Positions 1 to 12,305 of a stretch of 64,000 nt of DNA are shown piece by piece; position 1 is the first letter of the stretch; every line of letters starts with the position of its first letter. Source of the stretch: Chiloscyllium plagiosum (taxonomy: Eukaryota); contig NC_057718.1 in assembly GCF_004010195.1 (NCBI RefSeq), positions 102,372,120 to 102,436,119 on the forward strand, written 5' to 3'. Below the pieces are notes generated by a model. That model was not told where the DNA came from. It searched no databases and saw nothing but the letters and a program-made list of their open reading frames with translations. The position numbers were made by a program, and so were the translations under genes.

Positions 1-850
1 GGGATGGGGAGTGAGGATGGGAGGGGAGTGCAGGTAGTGAGGATGGAGGGGGGAGACAGCGGGGGAGTGAGGATGAAGTGGGTAAGTAGTAGAAACAGAA
101 AAGGCAATACCTTCAGAAGTAAGCAACAGATTGGACCTCTCAAATCTAATGTTGATTGTGTTTTTCATGCACCTTCTTCGCAGTCGTAACTTAGTATTCC
201 TCCCTCTGTTCAATCACTTTATTATCTTTGTATGTTGTGCTTTGTCTGTACTACACGCAAAACAAAACTTTTCACTGTTCGTGGTACAAGTAACGATAAT
301 AAAATCAAATACATGTCAAATCAGGACAGTCATCTCTAGGTGATAAGCCATGGAACATGAAACATGTGTCATGGTCCTGTGATGAATACAGAAAAACATT
401 GACAGAAGATGGGGTTTAAAAAAGACTAAATTTCAGATTAATTTGGCAGGTACAAAGAGTTAAGCTGTCAATAGTTGTGCTAAAAGGACAGACTAAACTA
501 TACTGACCAAAATATGCACTTTACATATTTAAAGATATCATGCCCAATTATCCTGCATTTGATTATCCGGAATTCGGTTAACTGAACAAAATACTGCCTG
601 TCCTGTGTCCTTTGGATAATTGAGGTTCCTCTGTACATGGATAAACAGTGTAGACTGATGATTTACAGGCAGTGAAAGAAGTTTCACAGTTTGCAGATTC
701 AGGTACAGACTCAGGTTATACAATTGATAGTTGCAGGATAACTTGGTATAAATTAGCAATTTGTAATTCAGGACCAATTACATATTCTGTATTTTAACTT
801 AACAGGCAACAGGTTAAAACTGACACGCTAAAGCCTTTCTACTAATGATG

Positions 851-1060
851 AAATCAGAAGTTGCTGTAAAAAGTCAGTAGGTCTGGCAGCATCTGGGGAG
901 CGAAAGCAGAGTAAACATTTCAGGTCCAGTAACCCTTCTTCAGAACCTTTACTGGATCCAAAACGTTAACTTTGCTTTCTCTCCACAGATGCTGCACAAC
1001 TGCTGAGTTTTTCTGGCAATATTTTGTTTCTGATTTCCAACATCTGCAGTTCCTTGGTTT
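851..1060. mobile_element. Penelope-like terminal remnant, inverted pair with degenerate hammerhead
   Basis: Same family as 26682-26906; the minus strand reads guu-CUGAAGA-aggguuacuggaccu-GAAAUGUU at 911-946. Confidence 0.6.
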
Positions 1061-1142
1061 TTCCTTTCTGTTAATGATTTGCTGTGTGTCTTGAACATTA
1101 AAAAATCTAAAAAAGAATAAATCTGTAAACAATATTTTTCAG

Positions 1143-1243
1143 AGGTCTGCAGAGTAGCACACGGCCTGAGGAGAGGAGACTGAGAAGCTCATAAGACAAC
1201 CGAAAAAAAGGAGACTAAAGAAAAAAACAGCAATAACATTGAT
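1143..1243 (+). other. Possible non-coding 5' UTR exon of FBXO48
   Basis: Acceptor ttttttcAG ends at 1142 and donor gat|GTAAGA starts at 1244. The sequence is purine-rich with stops in all three frames and lies 160 bp upstream of the FBXO48 ATG. Support is from splice motifs only. Confidence 0.3.
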
Positions 1244-1405
1244 GTAAGAAATTCACAAAAAAAGGGATGATTAATAAATAGAAGGACAAGCAATTTGGTG
1301 ATAACGTCTTATGTCAGTGAGACAGAGAATCAACTAATAAGATTAGTTAAAATTTGATTTGGTTGATTTAAAAGATCTCTTGAGATTCTGGAACAAAATT
1401 AAACT

Positions 1406-1708
1406 ATGCAAAGGTCTTGCAAAAGAAATAAGCAGATTGCTATTCGTGAAGACAAAACTATTTTCTCCACTGGGCAGAAAAAACTACAAAATCGTTATGA
1501 TTTTGCCCAGTTTTTGCCACAAGAGTTAACTCTGAAAATTTTCAACGAACTGGACATTCGAAGCCTGGCTAATGCTGCAATGACATGCAAAGCATGGAAT
1601 GATCTGATCGAAACCAGTGACAGCCTGTGGTACAATCACTGCCTGACCATATTGGCTGTCTGCAAGAGAGAGGTACAGTGGGATCGAGCACATGGACTTT
1701 CATGGAAG
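1406..1708 (+). CDS. FBXO48: F-box only protein 48, coding exon 1 (aa 1-101)
   Basis: ORF MQRSCKRN...FAQFLPQELTLKIFNELDIRSLANAAMTCKAWNDLIETSDSLW..HGLSWK contains an F-box motif (LP.E...KIF..LD...L.....CK.W). Phase-0 donor AAG|GTTTGT at 1709. It matches recalled human FBXO48 (LLPAEITFKIFSQLDIRSLCRASLTCRSWND...SDSLW). Confidence 0.93.
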
Positions 1709-2078
1709 GTTTGTGCAGTTGGCAGTGATTTGCATGAATAAGCATTTTTATTGTCGACCTCCACCCTATTCCTTTTTTCTCAAGAGTGCTTCACTGTCAC
1801 CTCTGTTTCTCTTTTTCACCAGTATTCTCCCTGCTATTGTCCAACATATTATAAATGCAAATATTATAGGAATGGAAACACTTTAAGGAGAATGCTCATT
1901 CCATCCAGCAGGGAGCAGCATGCACTTCTGATATAAAAAATTATTAGCGAAGCCCAGGATAGACAAGTATGGTAATGCCAAAGACCATATGAGATGAAGA
2001 AGACCATGATAGATGTTAAGAGGATATAGAAAGGCTGGTGGAGTGAACACCATACAGTAAAGCAGGTAAATAGCGATA

Positions 2079-2265
2079 TAGTAGTAGTGTCATTGGACTA
2101 ATGATACTGGTACTACTTTGGACATGTGGGTTCAATTGTAAACAGGCCAGTTTGAAAAGAACACAGAGTTTGGAGTATTCTCTCCAAAATCTTTGTGTTC
2201 TTTTCAAATTGAACCCAAATCTCCAGAGCAGTACTACTATTATTAGTCCAGTGACACTACTACTA
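2079..2265. repeat. Imperfect inverted repeat (about 85-bp arms)
   Basis: tagtagtagtgtcattggactaat...tgaaaagaacacagagtttggag pairs with ctccaaaatctttgtgttcttttca...attagtccagtgacactactacta. Confidence 0.85.
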
Positions 2266-2924
2266 CGTCACCAAGATAGTTCAAGGGATGAGGGATTACA
2301 GTTATGCAGAGACACTGGAGAACTGGGATTGTTCTTATTGCAGAAAAGGCTAAAAGGAGGTTTGATGAAGGTATTTAAAATTGGAGAGTTGAGAGGGAGT
2401 AAGATCTATTTCCAATTGATAACCAGAGTACACAGTTGATTAGTAAAAGAATGCGGAGTGATATGAGAAAATCATTTTTTCAGCAAGCAGTTATCGTTTG
2501 GAATATGCCATTTGATAGGCTGATGGAAACAGTTTTGACAGGAACCCCTCAAAAAAGAATTGGATAAAGACATGAGAAAGAAAATGTTTCAGGAACATGT
2601 AAAAAGAGCTGACTAATGAGAGTAACTCAATTGATCTTTGAAAGAGCTGGCACAGAATTGATGATCCAAATAGCCACCTTCAGGATATTTTCTGATCAAC
2701 CTGTTCAGAAATGTTTTTACACACCTCTGGAGCAGATGCAATGCAACTTGAAATCCAGACCTCCTCTTATATTATTCAATGATTTTATGACCTCTGTTTA
2801 TGCAGTACAGGACATATAAGCATAACTACATTTTGTAATGTGACTTTCACAGAAAAAAGCTATGAATATAAGCAGAGTTGATTAATGACTGTAGATAAAA
2901 AGCAGATTGATAGTTTCAAAATAA

Positions 2925-3385
2925 AAATAGGAAATGCTGGTATTACTCATCAGGTCTTGCAGCATCAGGTTGATGACCTTTCATCAGGACTGGGTGAAGT
3001 TCAAGATGAAATAGATTTTGAATGAGGGCTGGGTGAGATAAGAACAAAAGAAAGACGTGTGATGGAATGGAAATCAGGAGGAACTGAGTGGTAGAAGAGC
3101 TAGGCCCCAGAGCCAAAGAAAGTAAAGGTGGAACAAGGAAAGAAACAAAGATGTACCGAGAACAGGTGCACAATGCTAATATGGTCATCCATATAGGGGA
3201 AAAAGAGTTTAAGGAGGGGATCTGAGTAGGACTGGAGCAAGGAATGTTCCACATATCTGATAAAAAGATTGGCATGGCTAGGATCTAAATGGATATGCAT
3301 AGCAACACCTTTTTGGAGGTAGTGAAATGAATTAAAGGAGAAATCGTTAAGTCTGATCACAGATTCCGCCAGATGGACGGACACT
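2925..3385 (-). mobile_element. Penelope-like element fragment: decayed RT plus terminal remnant
   Basis: ORF 3100-3384 HLAESVIRLNDFSFNSFHYLQ-KGVAMHIHLDPSHANLF...FPYMDD resembles PLE RT (GxAMG..xGP; RYIDD). A partial CUGAUGA terminus lies at about 2970-2990. Confidence 0.65.
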
Positions 3386-3444
3386 TTTTTATTTGCATTG
3401 TGTTATTTTTCTTTCAGTTTGGCATCCACTCTTGGCACATCATT

Positions 3445-3890
3445 TAGAATCATAGCACAGAAACATACCCTTTGGTCCAACCAGTCCATGCTGAACATAA
3501 TTCCAAACTAAATCAGACCCACCTGCCTGCATTTGACCCATATCCCTCCAATATTTTTTATTCACGTCCTTATCTAAATGTCTTTTAAATGTTGCAACTG
3601 TACCTGCATCCTCACCCTCCCCTGGAAGTTCATTCCACATATGGACCACTCTCTGTGTAAACCAATTGCCCCTCATGTCTTCTTAAAATCTTTCTCCTCT
3701 CACCAGAAAAACATGCCCCCTAATCTTGAAATGCCCCACCCTAGGCAAAAGATAACCGCTATTCCCTGGAACTATATCTGTCATAATTTTATAAATCTCT
3801 ATAAGGTGACAACTCAAAACCTTCATTTGCAGCACCATCCTAGTTAATCTGTTCTGAACCCTCTCCAGCTTAATGATATCCTTCCTATAA
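3445..3890 (-). mobile_element. CR1 LINE 3' fragment
   Basis: YRKDIIKLERVQNR..; FTQRVVHMWNELP..FKRHLD; typical CR1 3' tail. Confidence 0.85.
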
Positions 3891-3891
3891 T

Positions 3892-4100
3892 AGTTAAAAA
3901 TCACACAACACCAGGTTATAGTCCGACAGGTTTAATTGGAAGCACACTAGCTTTCGGAGCGACACTCCTTCATCAGGTCCTGTTAAAGGAGCAGCACTCC
4001 GAAAGCTAGTGTGCTTCCAATTAAACCTGTTGGACTATAACCTGGTGTTGTGTGATTTTTAACTTTGTACACCCCAGTCCAACACCGGCATCTCCAAATC
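3892..4100. mobile_element. Penelope-like terminal remnant, near-perfect inverted pair
   Basis: 3892-3959 pairs with 3997-4064 almost perfectly. The same family recurs at about 6140-6310, 17605-17730, 40949-41047, 47265-47385, 47808-48003, 48465-48585, 53941-54095 and 55320-55445. Confidence 0.7.
3945..3979 (-). ncRNA. Minimal hammerhead ribozyme motif, intact core
   Basis: Minus strand reads ac-CUGAUGA-a-GGAG ugucg CUCC-GAAA-GCUA^gu, with palindromic AGCU. Confidence 0.6.
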
Positions 4101-4934
4101 TTCCTACAATAGGGAGACCTGCTGTCGGTGCATCTTTTGCCTTTTTCCTTGTCCCATTTGTATTCTCTTTGACCAATAGGTTTAACTATTCTGTATTCAA
4201 TTCCTCCTGTCTTCCTATCACAGACCCTCTTTTTGTTCTTGCCCTACCCAGTCCTCATTCAAAACCTATTCTATCTCTTAAAAAAAATTATCGACTTAAA
4301 TAATTAACTCAGTTCCTCTGTCCACAGAAGCCGAGTCTTTCCAGCATTTTCGGTTCCTGTTTCAGATATCTGGCATCAGAAATGTTCTGATTGCCAGTCA
4401 TAGTGTTTCCTTGTATTGATGTTTATGAACCAGTGTAGTTTTTGAATCACTTCACCATGCTGATTTGGAAACTTATCACTATTCCTTCAGTGTTGTGTAG
4501 TGAAAATCCTGGAACTCCCTCCCTAACCTACAGTGTCTACCTAGAGCACATGGACTGCAGCTGTTCAAGAAGGCAGCTCTCCACCACCTTCCCAAGGGCA
4601 ACCAATAATAAATGCAGGCCCAGCCACTTAAGCCCACATTCCCTTGAATAAATAAAAATACTTTCTTCATATGACCCACATTTGTAGAGTTCTGCAATAA
4701 ACATTTGTTGCAATCTTTCTTAAAAACTTTTGTATTGTATTGAAAGTTGGATAATTCCATCTGTAATAACCGTGGGGACCACTGCAAGCATGCAGTGTAC
4801 TTTAGTTTGGCATACTCAAATGTTTTGACTGTGCCAAAGCAGGTCCTGAAGGGAATATTAATGGCAAAAATATGAACATATCCACATCCCTGAGTTCATG
4901 ATCATCACTGTTTTCATTTTTCAAGTTGTAGCAA

Positions 4935-6140
4935 CATAGGAGAAAGAATATGTCGTTCAGCTCCTCAAGTCTTCTCCGCCATTCTAAATAATGGGCTATA
5001 ATCTACCACAATGTCATATTACCATGCTAGCCTCATATTCCTTAATGTCATTAGTAACTAGAAATCTATAAATCTCTGCCATGAACCTACTTAATCACTG
5101 AGCTTCTACAGCTGTCTGGGGTAGAGAATTTCAAAGATTCACTATCCTCTGAGTGATTTCTTCTCACCTCATTCCCGAAGAAGTTGCCTGTTATTCTGAG
5201 ACTATGGCCCCCACCCTGAGTGTAAAGCAACATCCCTTGTGCATCTAATCTATCTATCCCTTGATGAATTTTGCAAGTTATATGAGGCCAACTCTCATTT
5301 TTTTAATGTAAGAGAATGCAGACCCAGTTTCCTATTTCTCTGCTCCTGGATAGCTCCATCATCCCAGGAATACCTCTATGGCAAGTGTACCCTTCTTTAC
5401 TGCACACAGTATTCGCAATATGCTCTAACACAGGTTCTATACAATTGAAATTTTCCTACCTCTGTGCTGCCATCCTCTTATGATAAAAATTAACATGCTG
5501 TCTACCTTCCAAATTGCTTGCTTTCAGCAACTTTGGAACGAGGTCATCCAGGTCCCTTTGGATTTACTAATCTCTCATCACTTCATAAATACTCTGAACC
5601 TTCATTCCTCCTACTTAAGTGAATATTGTCACACCTATCCACATCATAGTCCACCTGGTAACCTCTTGCCCCATTCACTCAGCATGTCTAAATCCAGCTG
5701 AGTCCGTTTGCATTCTCCTCACAACTCTCGTTCTCACAACTATCAAGTACAATCTTAGAAATAATACAGTCTGTCCCCATATCCAAATCATTGATATAGA
5801 TTGTGAACAACTGGGACCCAAGCACTGATACCTATAGTACCTCGCTGGTCACAGCCTGCCAATCTGAGAGTGATCCATTTATTTCTGCTCCCTGTTTTCT
5901 GCCTGTTAACAATCTTCAATCCATGCTAGAATATGCTTTAATTTCATATGCTTTAAACTTAAATAACTTTCTGAGTCAGACTTTATCAGAAGTCTTGTGA
6001 AAATCCAAATAATTCCACTGGTTCCCCCACACCAACCCTACTGATAATATCCTCAAAAAGCCAAATCAGGCTTGTCAAACGTGATTTCCCCTTCATTAAT
6101 TCATGTTGATTCTTCCCAATCAGACAATTACTTTCTGTGA
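4935..6140 (-). mobile_element. Decayed CR1 LINE (RT to 3' end, internally deleted)
   Basis: NQHELMKGKSRLTSL..FEDIISRV (QHGF motif) plus 3' tail similarity. Confidence 0.65.
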
Positions 6141-7615
6141 GGTGCCAGTATTGGGTTGGGTGGACAAGGTCAGAAGTCACATGATACCAGGTTATAGTCC
6201 AACAGGTTTATTTGAAATCGCAAGCTTTTGGAGCACTGCTCCTTCTGCAGGTGGCTTCACCTGGAAGGTTGTGATTTGGAGTTCACCTGTTAGACTATAA
6301 CCTGGTGTCGAATTTTTTTTTCTAACTTTCCAGAAATCACAATCTTTTATAATAGTTTAGAGTATTCTTCTTATTACTAAAGTCAAGCTAACAAGTCTGT
6401 AACCCCCTGCTTTGGAAGCCCCTTCCTTTGCTGTCTGGTTTTATGCATCTTGCTGTTTACTTTCATATTTTATTCACTTTGTCTTAATTAATTGCTTGGT
6501 CTTCCTTAACTGAATTCTAAAGTTCTCCCAATCCTCAGACTTGCAACACTTTTCTATCTTAACCAGAAGTTTAGCACATTTTCATTCACCTTTAGGACCT
6601 AGTTTCAATCCATCTTCGACTGATGGAATAAAAAAAGTTTATATTTTTTTCTGTTTGAAGAAATTATACGTGCAGTTTGGGCATTTTTAACCCAGTTTGA
6701 CTATACGTTTATTCTATAATCAGCCACACTGTTGGGATTGAAGGATTCCTCAGCAACCTGGCTTCTATTTCTAGTAGCAATGTAAAGTTTCCACTTTACA
6801 GGGAGAATTATAACCAAGATATCATAGCAAAGTCAATATTTTACATCTTTTTTTAAACAGAGATTTCAATTGCATCTTTCACAAGTAAATCTTAAAAGAA
6901 ACTCATGTGAGAGCTACTAGCACAAGAGTCTCTGTTCATTAACCCCGATATTGTTGTTAAAAAATTAACAAGAGTTTGCTGATCTACTGTTGACTAAGAG
7001 ATCACGAAGTGTGTGGTTATTACAAAAACAGTTTCATGTATTTACATAATGTCATTAATATGAGACATACCTGCAGGAAAGTTCTATGAAGCACAATTTC
7101 TCACCAAATTGGGTAGATGACCAAAAGCTTGCTCAAAGAAGTCAGATTAAGGAGCTTCTTAAATGAGGTGGAGAGGCCAACCAGTTTGGGGAGGGAATTC
7201 CATAATTTGCAGCTGCAGTGGTAGAGCAATGAAAATTCAGGGTGCTTTTAAAATTGAAACATTTGACCAGGATACAAGGTAGATCAGAAAACAAAAAGGC
7301 GAATGGCCAAGGCAACAGAGTTTAATGATAAATTATAACATGCATTATATAAAAATCATGCCATGTTGAAAAATAACAGTGCATTCACAACATTTTTTAA
7401 AAACTGACCAGCCTTTTTTCCTCAGTCATTCAGAGATGAAATCCGATATTGTGCAGCATTTTCATCAAATGTAACTTTCTACTTAGTGCAAATACTTTAT
7501 TGGCAAGTGGAATGACCTTAGTTGTTGATTTAGCCCATATACGCTGTTTGGCTTTTATTTCATAAGTGATAAAAGGAATATTAAAATTGAAACATTTTAT
7601 TTGCTTAATATTTAG

Positions 7616-7777
7616 GTTACTCTGATGAGGAACTACAAGAAAAGCAACATAAAACGCGCATGGTTAGATGGTCAATACAGTCACATTCATTCTGCAGCTG
7701 AGCTTCTGCACAACAGTATGTGTGAAATGGATGCAGATGCTTGGGGAGAGATACTGGAGGCAGAACTGGAAAGATAG
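7616..7777 (+). CDS. FBXO48: F-box only protein 48, coding exon 2 (aa 102-154 plus stop)
   Basis: Acceptor tttAG at 7614-7615. Translates VTLMRNYKKSNIKRAWLDGQYSHIHSAAELLHNSMCEMDADAWGEILEAELER*. The C-terminus MDADxWGEILEAELER is characteristic of FBXO48. This frame is not in the ORF track. Confidence 0.93.
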   Translation, partial: VTLMRNYKKSNIKRAWLDGQYSHIHSAAELLHNSMCEMDADAWGEILEAELER

Positions 7778-7843
7778 TATTGTGTTAAGTTGGGGCATTT
7801 TTTGCAGCATCATGCACTTACAAAACAAAGCTAAAAGCACTAA

Positions 7844-8109
7844 AATAAAAGTTTTATTTGTCAAATGGTTTATGCTTTAAAAATAGTAAATAAGAAATTT
7901 TATTGCATTTGTAATCTTTGAATAGTTAGAAATGGAATTTATTTTGAAGTTGCAATTTTATTGGAATATTTAAAAATATAGCTCCTTTTTCAAGAAATAT
8001 GTTCCACTGTTTTAAGCACTTTTGTTTTTCTTTGTAAATTGATCATGGAGGTGTGATAATAACACTATTTTTGATTTCTTTCTCTTGGTAATGTACAGTC
8101 AGAAATAAA
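7844..8109 (+). promoter_or_regulatory. Candidate FBXO48 polyadenylation signals
   Basis: AATAAA at 7844-7849 and 8104-8109 within an AT-rich 3' UTR; the second is followed by a GT-rich tract. Confidence 0.4.
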
Positions 8110-8749
8110 CCTTGGACCTAGTTGTTTTGACTCATCCGTCTGCTGCCAATTTTGGCAATTCTGTAGTTCATTCAGCAGCACTTAAAAAAATCTAATTGAT
8201 TTAGGTGTGCTACAGGAGTGAATATAATCATTACCTTTTTCAAATCTTAGTAATATTGAATAATTCAGTCAATGCATTTGTTTCTGGTTTCTGTTAACTT
8301 TGAGGTTTGTTTTATTACTGAAGTTAAATTATCAATTTTTTGATGACTTTGTTGATCAATGCAAAGACTGAAGAAAACAGACTGAAAGGTTCACTGCTGG
8401 TCTGGGCTCGGTTAGCTATCCTCAGCTGAAACTACGGTAGAGATATAGTAGTTCACCCTCGTGGCTTTTATGGGAATTGGAATAATAATCACTTACATTT
8501 GTAATCATATCTTTTTATTCCTAGAATGTGAGTTCAGATGCTAAAACTAGAGGGCATAGTTTAAAGTGAGAGGGGAGAGACACAAAAGGGTCCAGTGGGG
8601 CAATGTTTCCATACAGAGGGTGGTGAGCATCTGGAACAGGCTACCAGAGGTAGCAGTGGAGGCGAGTACAACATTACCATTTAAGAAACATTTGGACAGG
8701 TACATGGATGGGATAGATATGGACTAGACAAACGGGACTAGTTCCTTAA

Positions 8750-10235
8750 ATCAGCTCCATGTTTTGATTGTCCCCACCCTCTGCATCTTGCTGTCCCATT
8801 CTATGCCTCCGAAGTCTTGCCTAATCGCATTATAATTGCCCTTCCCCCATCTATAACTCTTGCCCTTTGGAATGTATCTATCCCTTTTCCTCACTGAACT
8901 AAGCGTTACCAATTTATGGTCACTCTCTCCAAAGTGCTCACCTATCACTAAATCAAACACCTGGCCTGGTTCATTACCAAGTACCAGATCCAGTGTGGCT
9001 CCTTACCTCTTGTCAGTCCTTCGTTATACTGTGTCAGGAAACCCTCCTGCACACATTGGACAAAAACCTTCCCCAGAATGAGCCTCAATTCCATAAACCT
9101 GTAACCCTCCCTCCTGCACCATCCCTGCAGCCACATCTTCAGCTGATAGCTCTCTCTATTCCTTGCCTCGCTATCACACAGCATGGGGTAACAAACCAGA
9201 GATAACAACTCTGTTTGTTCTAGCTCTCAGCTTCCACCCTAGCTCCCTGAAATCCTGCCTTACATCCCTATCCCTCTTTCTACCTATGTCGTTGGTACCT
9301 ACGTGGACAACGACTTGGGGCTGGTCACTCTCTCCCTTCAGGACCCCAAAGACATGATCCAAGACATCATGGACCATGGCACCTGAGAGGCAACACACCA
9401 ACCGTGAGTCTCTTTCGTTCCCAACAAACCTTGTATCTGACTCTCTCACTACTGAGTCCCCAATGACTAACACTCTCCTTCTTTTCCCCCCTTTCCCTTC
9501 TGTGCAACAGAGATAGACTCTGTTCCAGAGACCTGAACCCCAGTGCATGCCCCTCGTAAATTGTTCCCCCCCTACAGTATCCAAAAGGGTATACTTGTTT
9601 TCCAGGGGAACAATCACAGAGGACCTCTGCACTGGCTGTTTTTCCCCTTCTAAAGGTTACCCAGCTTTCTTCGTGCCTAGGGGTAACTACTTCTCTGTAA
9701 CTCTTATCTATCACAGCCTCTGCGTCCCGACTGATCCGAAGTTCATCCAGCTCCCGCTCCAGTTCCCTAACGCGGTCTTGGAGGAGCAAGAGTTGGGTGC
9801 ACCTCATGCAGATGTACTTGGATGTGACACTAATGGCGTCCCTCACCTCAAACATCATGCCGGAAGAACATTCCTCTCCCTGCACTGCCATCCCAGCTAG
9901 ACCTGTTATCAGAAAGTTTAAAAAAAGAGGAGAAGCTTAGAAGAGAAGCTTACCTGATGTCTCCCTGGTGTTTAAGGTTAGAGGAGGTGGATGGGTGGGA
10001 GGCCCTTCAAGCGTAGAGTCTCAGGTTTACAAAACACTCACTTATAAAGCTGAGGGGGAGAAAATGTCCCTCCTTTGCCAGAAACCTCTGCTATCCAAGG
10101 TGCTGCTGACGCTCGAGGTGGCTTTTAAAGTTTTAAACCAGTGACTCACCTTTCCTGACAGGCCCCTGGTCTAAGCTCCTGTTCTTCCTGCTGCTGGCAA
10201 CTGAAATGGAGGGCTCTGATGCTCGAGGGAAGCAC
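8750..10235 (-). mobile_element. CR1 LINE 5' part: 5' UTR, ORF1 (zinc finger/leucine zipper plus SGNH esterase) fused to an ORF2 endonuclease fragment
   Basis: ECSS..ICMRCTQLLLLQDRVRELERELDEL (9367-9891); VLVIGDSVVR...VVVHVGTNDIG (9174-9632); FVQCVQEGFLTQY and DLVIGEHFGESDH (8750-9070). Confidence 0.85.
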
Positions 10236-10239
10236 AAGT

Positions 10240-10640
10240 GGTAAAATCCCACATGTAGGAAGTGCAGATTTGCAGATCTTTAATAAGATGTAGATATTTG
10301 ACTGTACTGGCATGTACATATATTAGTGCACAGGGGTCTTATTTTTGCAGACAGAACATGCATGCACTTGGCCTTTTCAACTCAACAAAGTAAGTGACAG
10401 CCGTTTCCTAGTTTTGTTCCTCAGGGCAATGCCTTGGCCAAGCAGACTCAACCAGACTGGTTTAAATTTTAAAAAGCTCGGTAGTTAACTGTCGGTCACC
10501 ATTCAATTGGTGCATTCTCCATGGCAATGTCTCTACCAATCTGAGCTCACTTGCCAACCAATCAATCAGCACACTCTTTTCACACAGGAGAGAGATGCAA
10601 ATAGTCCTGGTGGGTGCAAACAAAGATGCTTCAAATTTTT
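10240..10640 (+). mobile_element. Decayed Penelope-like 3' end (endonuclease C-terminus plus UTR with CCAAT repeats)
   Basis: Frameshifted TYISAQG-LIFAD/LCRQ-like segment, then ccaatc repeats and a degenerate gtcCTGgTGg..aaagatgcttc hammerhead-like tail. Recognised from recall of PLE layout only. Confidence 0.35.
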
Positions 10641-11974
10641 TGTATGTTTTTCAGCAGAATTAAGTTGCGTTGTACTATATTTGAGATTGATAGATGTTAA
10701 CAAAAGGCATGAAGGAATATGGGACAAAGGTGGGAATGTGGAGTTAGATTGCAATGAGCCATGATCTGATGGGAATGGTGGGACAGCCGCATGAGGCTAA
10801 ATGAACCCCTTCTCTGTGACCCCAAATGGTTATGTATCTGGGCCAACAGCATTCTCTCATACTTTACACAGTGTAATCCAATAGGATGAATTGATTATAT
10901 TTACTCAAGCTTGATTGAATTCTGAAAAAGAAAATGATAGGAATCTGAAAGGGTTAATTGCTTGGAAGACTGAGAGTCATAGGAACAGGAGTAGGCCATT
11001 CAGCCCCTTGATCCTGCCCTGCAATTCAATAATACCATGGCTGTGGGCAGCTCTTCTATATTTATGAGGAGTCAATTCCAATGTTCAAGTGAAGACGGAA
11101 GTACAAGAATGAATTGTGAGCTATACTTCACACCAATAGTTGGCAATGCAGCTCACAAATTTACGTCATTGTAGGAAGTGCCACTTAGCTAATCAGCTCA
11201 GCACAGACACAGTAATTCACAGACTACTAAAAATGTACTTGAGTGAAAGTTGATCAAAAACAAAGTTTCTGCCCATCCATATCTCTCTTGTGTGGAATTA
11301 ACAAACAGTGACATTTTAACAATACCAGAGGTTGGATAACTTTTCTGTTAACTTTGAGTACACAGTTAATATGGATTAAAGACATATCCAATAGAACTGA
11401 ACATAGTTTATTAGTTAGTCACGGCAAACGTTAGATTCCACGATGAATTTATTCCTTATTTGTGCAAGAATAAAGGTGACCTCCTTTACATCTGTCATGC
11501 GATACATCATGTTTAAACCTAATTTGGGATCAGAACCTTCTGGGAGGAAACAATTCCTTACTTTGTACACATTCTTGAAGAATGTTACAGTTATGTGGAA
11601 CCGACGATGGCCGCTCTGTCCATTGTGTGTGTGCTGGTTCTTTGACAGTATGATTGAACTAGTCCCACTGCCGTCGCCTTCCCCATCAGCAATGCATTTT
11701 TATCCTCTTAATGTATTTATCAGTTGCAGTTTGCAATATCAGATTTGTTTGTACCATCCTTTCAGACAGCCTGTTCCAGAATGGCACACTTCTTTCTTTC
11801 AGATGGAGATTGCAACCATGGGAACGGAACAGATTTTTAAAAAAGCAACCTAAGATTGAAAGAGCACCTCTTTATCGTTCTTTATATTGAATGGAGTACT
11901 TTTAAAACCTAGAAAATGAGGCAAACAGTTGGAGCACAGCAAGATCTCACAACCATTCATACAATTAAAAACTG

Positions 11975-12305
11975 GCACACCTGGATAACTCAGGGGCTAG
12001 CACTGTTACCTCACAGCGCCAGGGACTCGGGTTCAATTCCACCCTCGGGGCGACTGTCTGTGTGGGGTTTGCACATTCTCCCCGTGTCTGCGTGGGTTTC
12101 CTCTGGGTGCTCTGGTTTCCTCCCATAATCCTTCTCTGGCCTTGCTAAATTGCCCATAGTTTCCAGGGATGTGCAAGTTAGGTGGGTTAGCCATGACAAA
12201 CGCAGAATTACAGGGATAGGCTGGGTCTGGGTGGGATGCTCTTCAGAGAGCCAATGTGGACTCACTGGGCCAAATGGCCTGCTTCCAAGCTGGAAGGATT
12301 CTATG
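11975..12305 (+). mobile_element. HE1-type tRNA-derived V-SINE
   Basis: B-box gggttcaattcc, V-domain gtttgcacattctccccgtgtctgcgtgggtttcctc, CR1-like tail. Confidence 0.8.

Noticed and set aside
1..87. G-rich agtgaggatg repeats and a GTAAGT donor as FBXO48 exon 1 or a G-quadruplex
   Set aside because: Truncated at the window edge, low complexity, and no CpG-island support.
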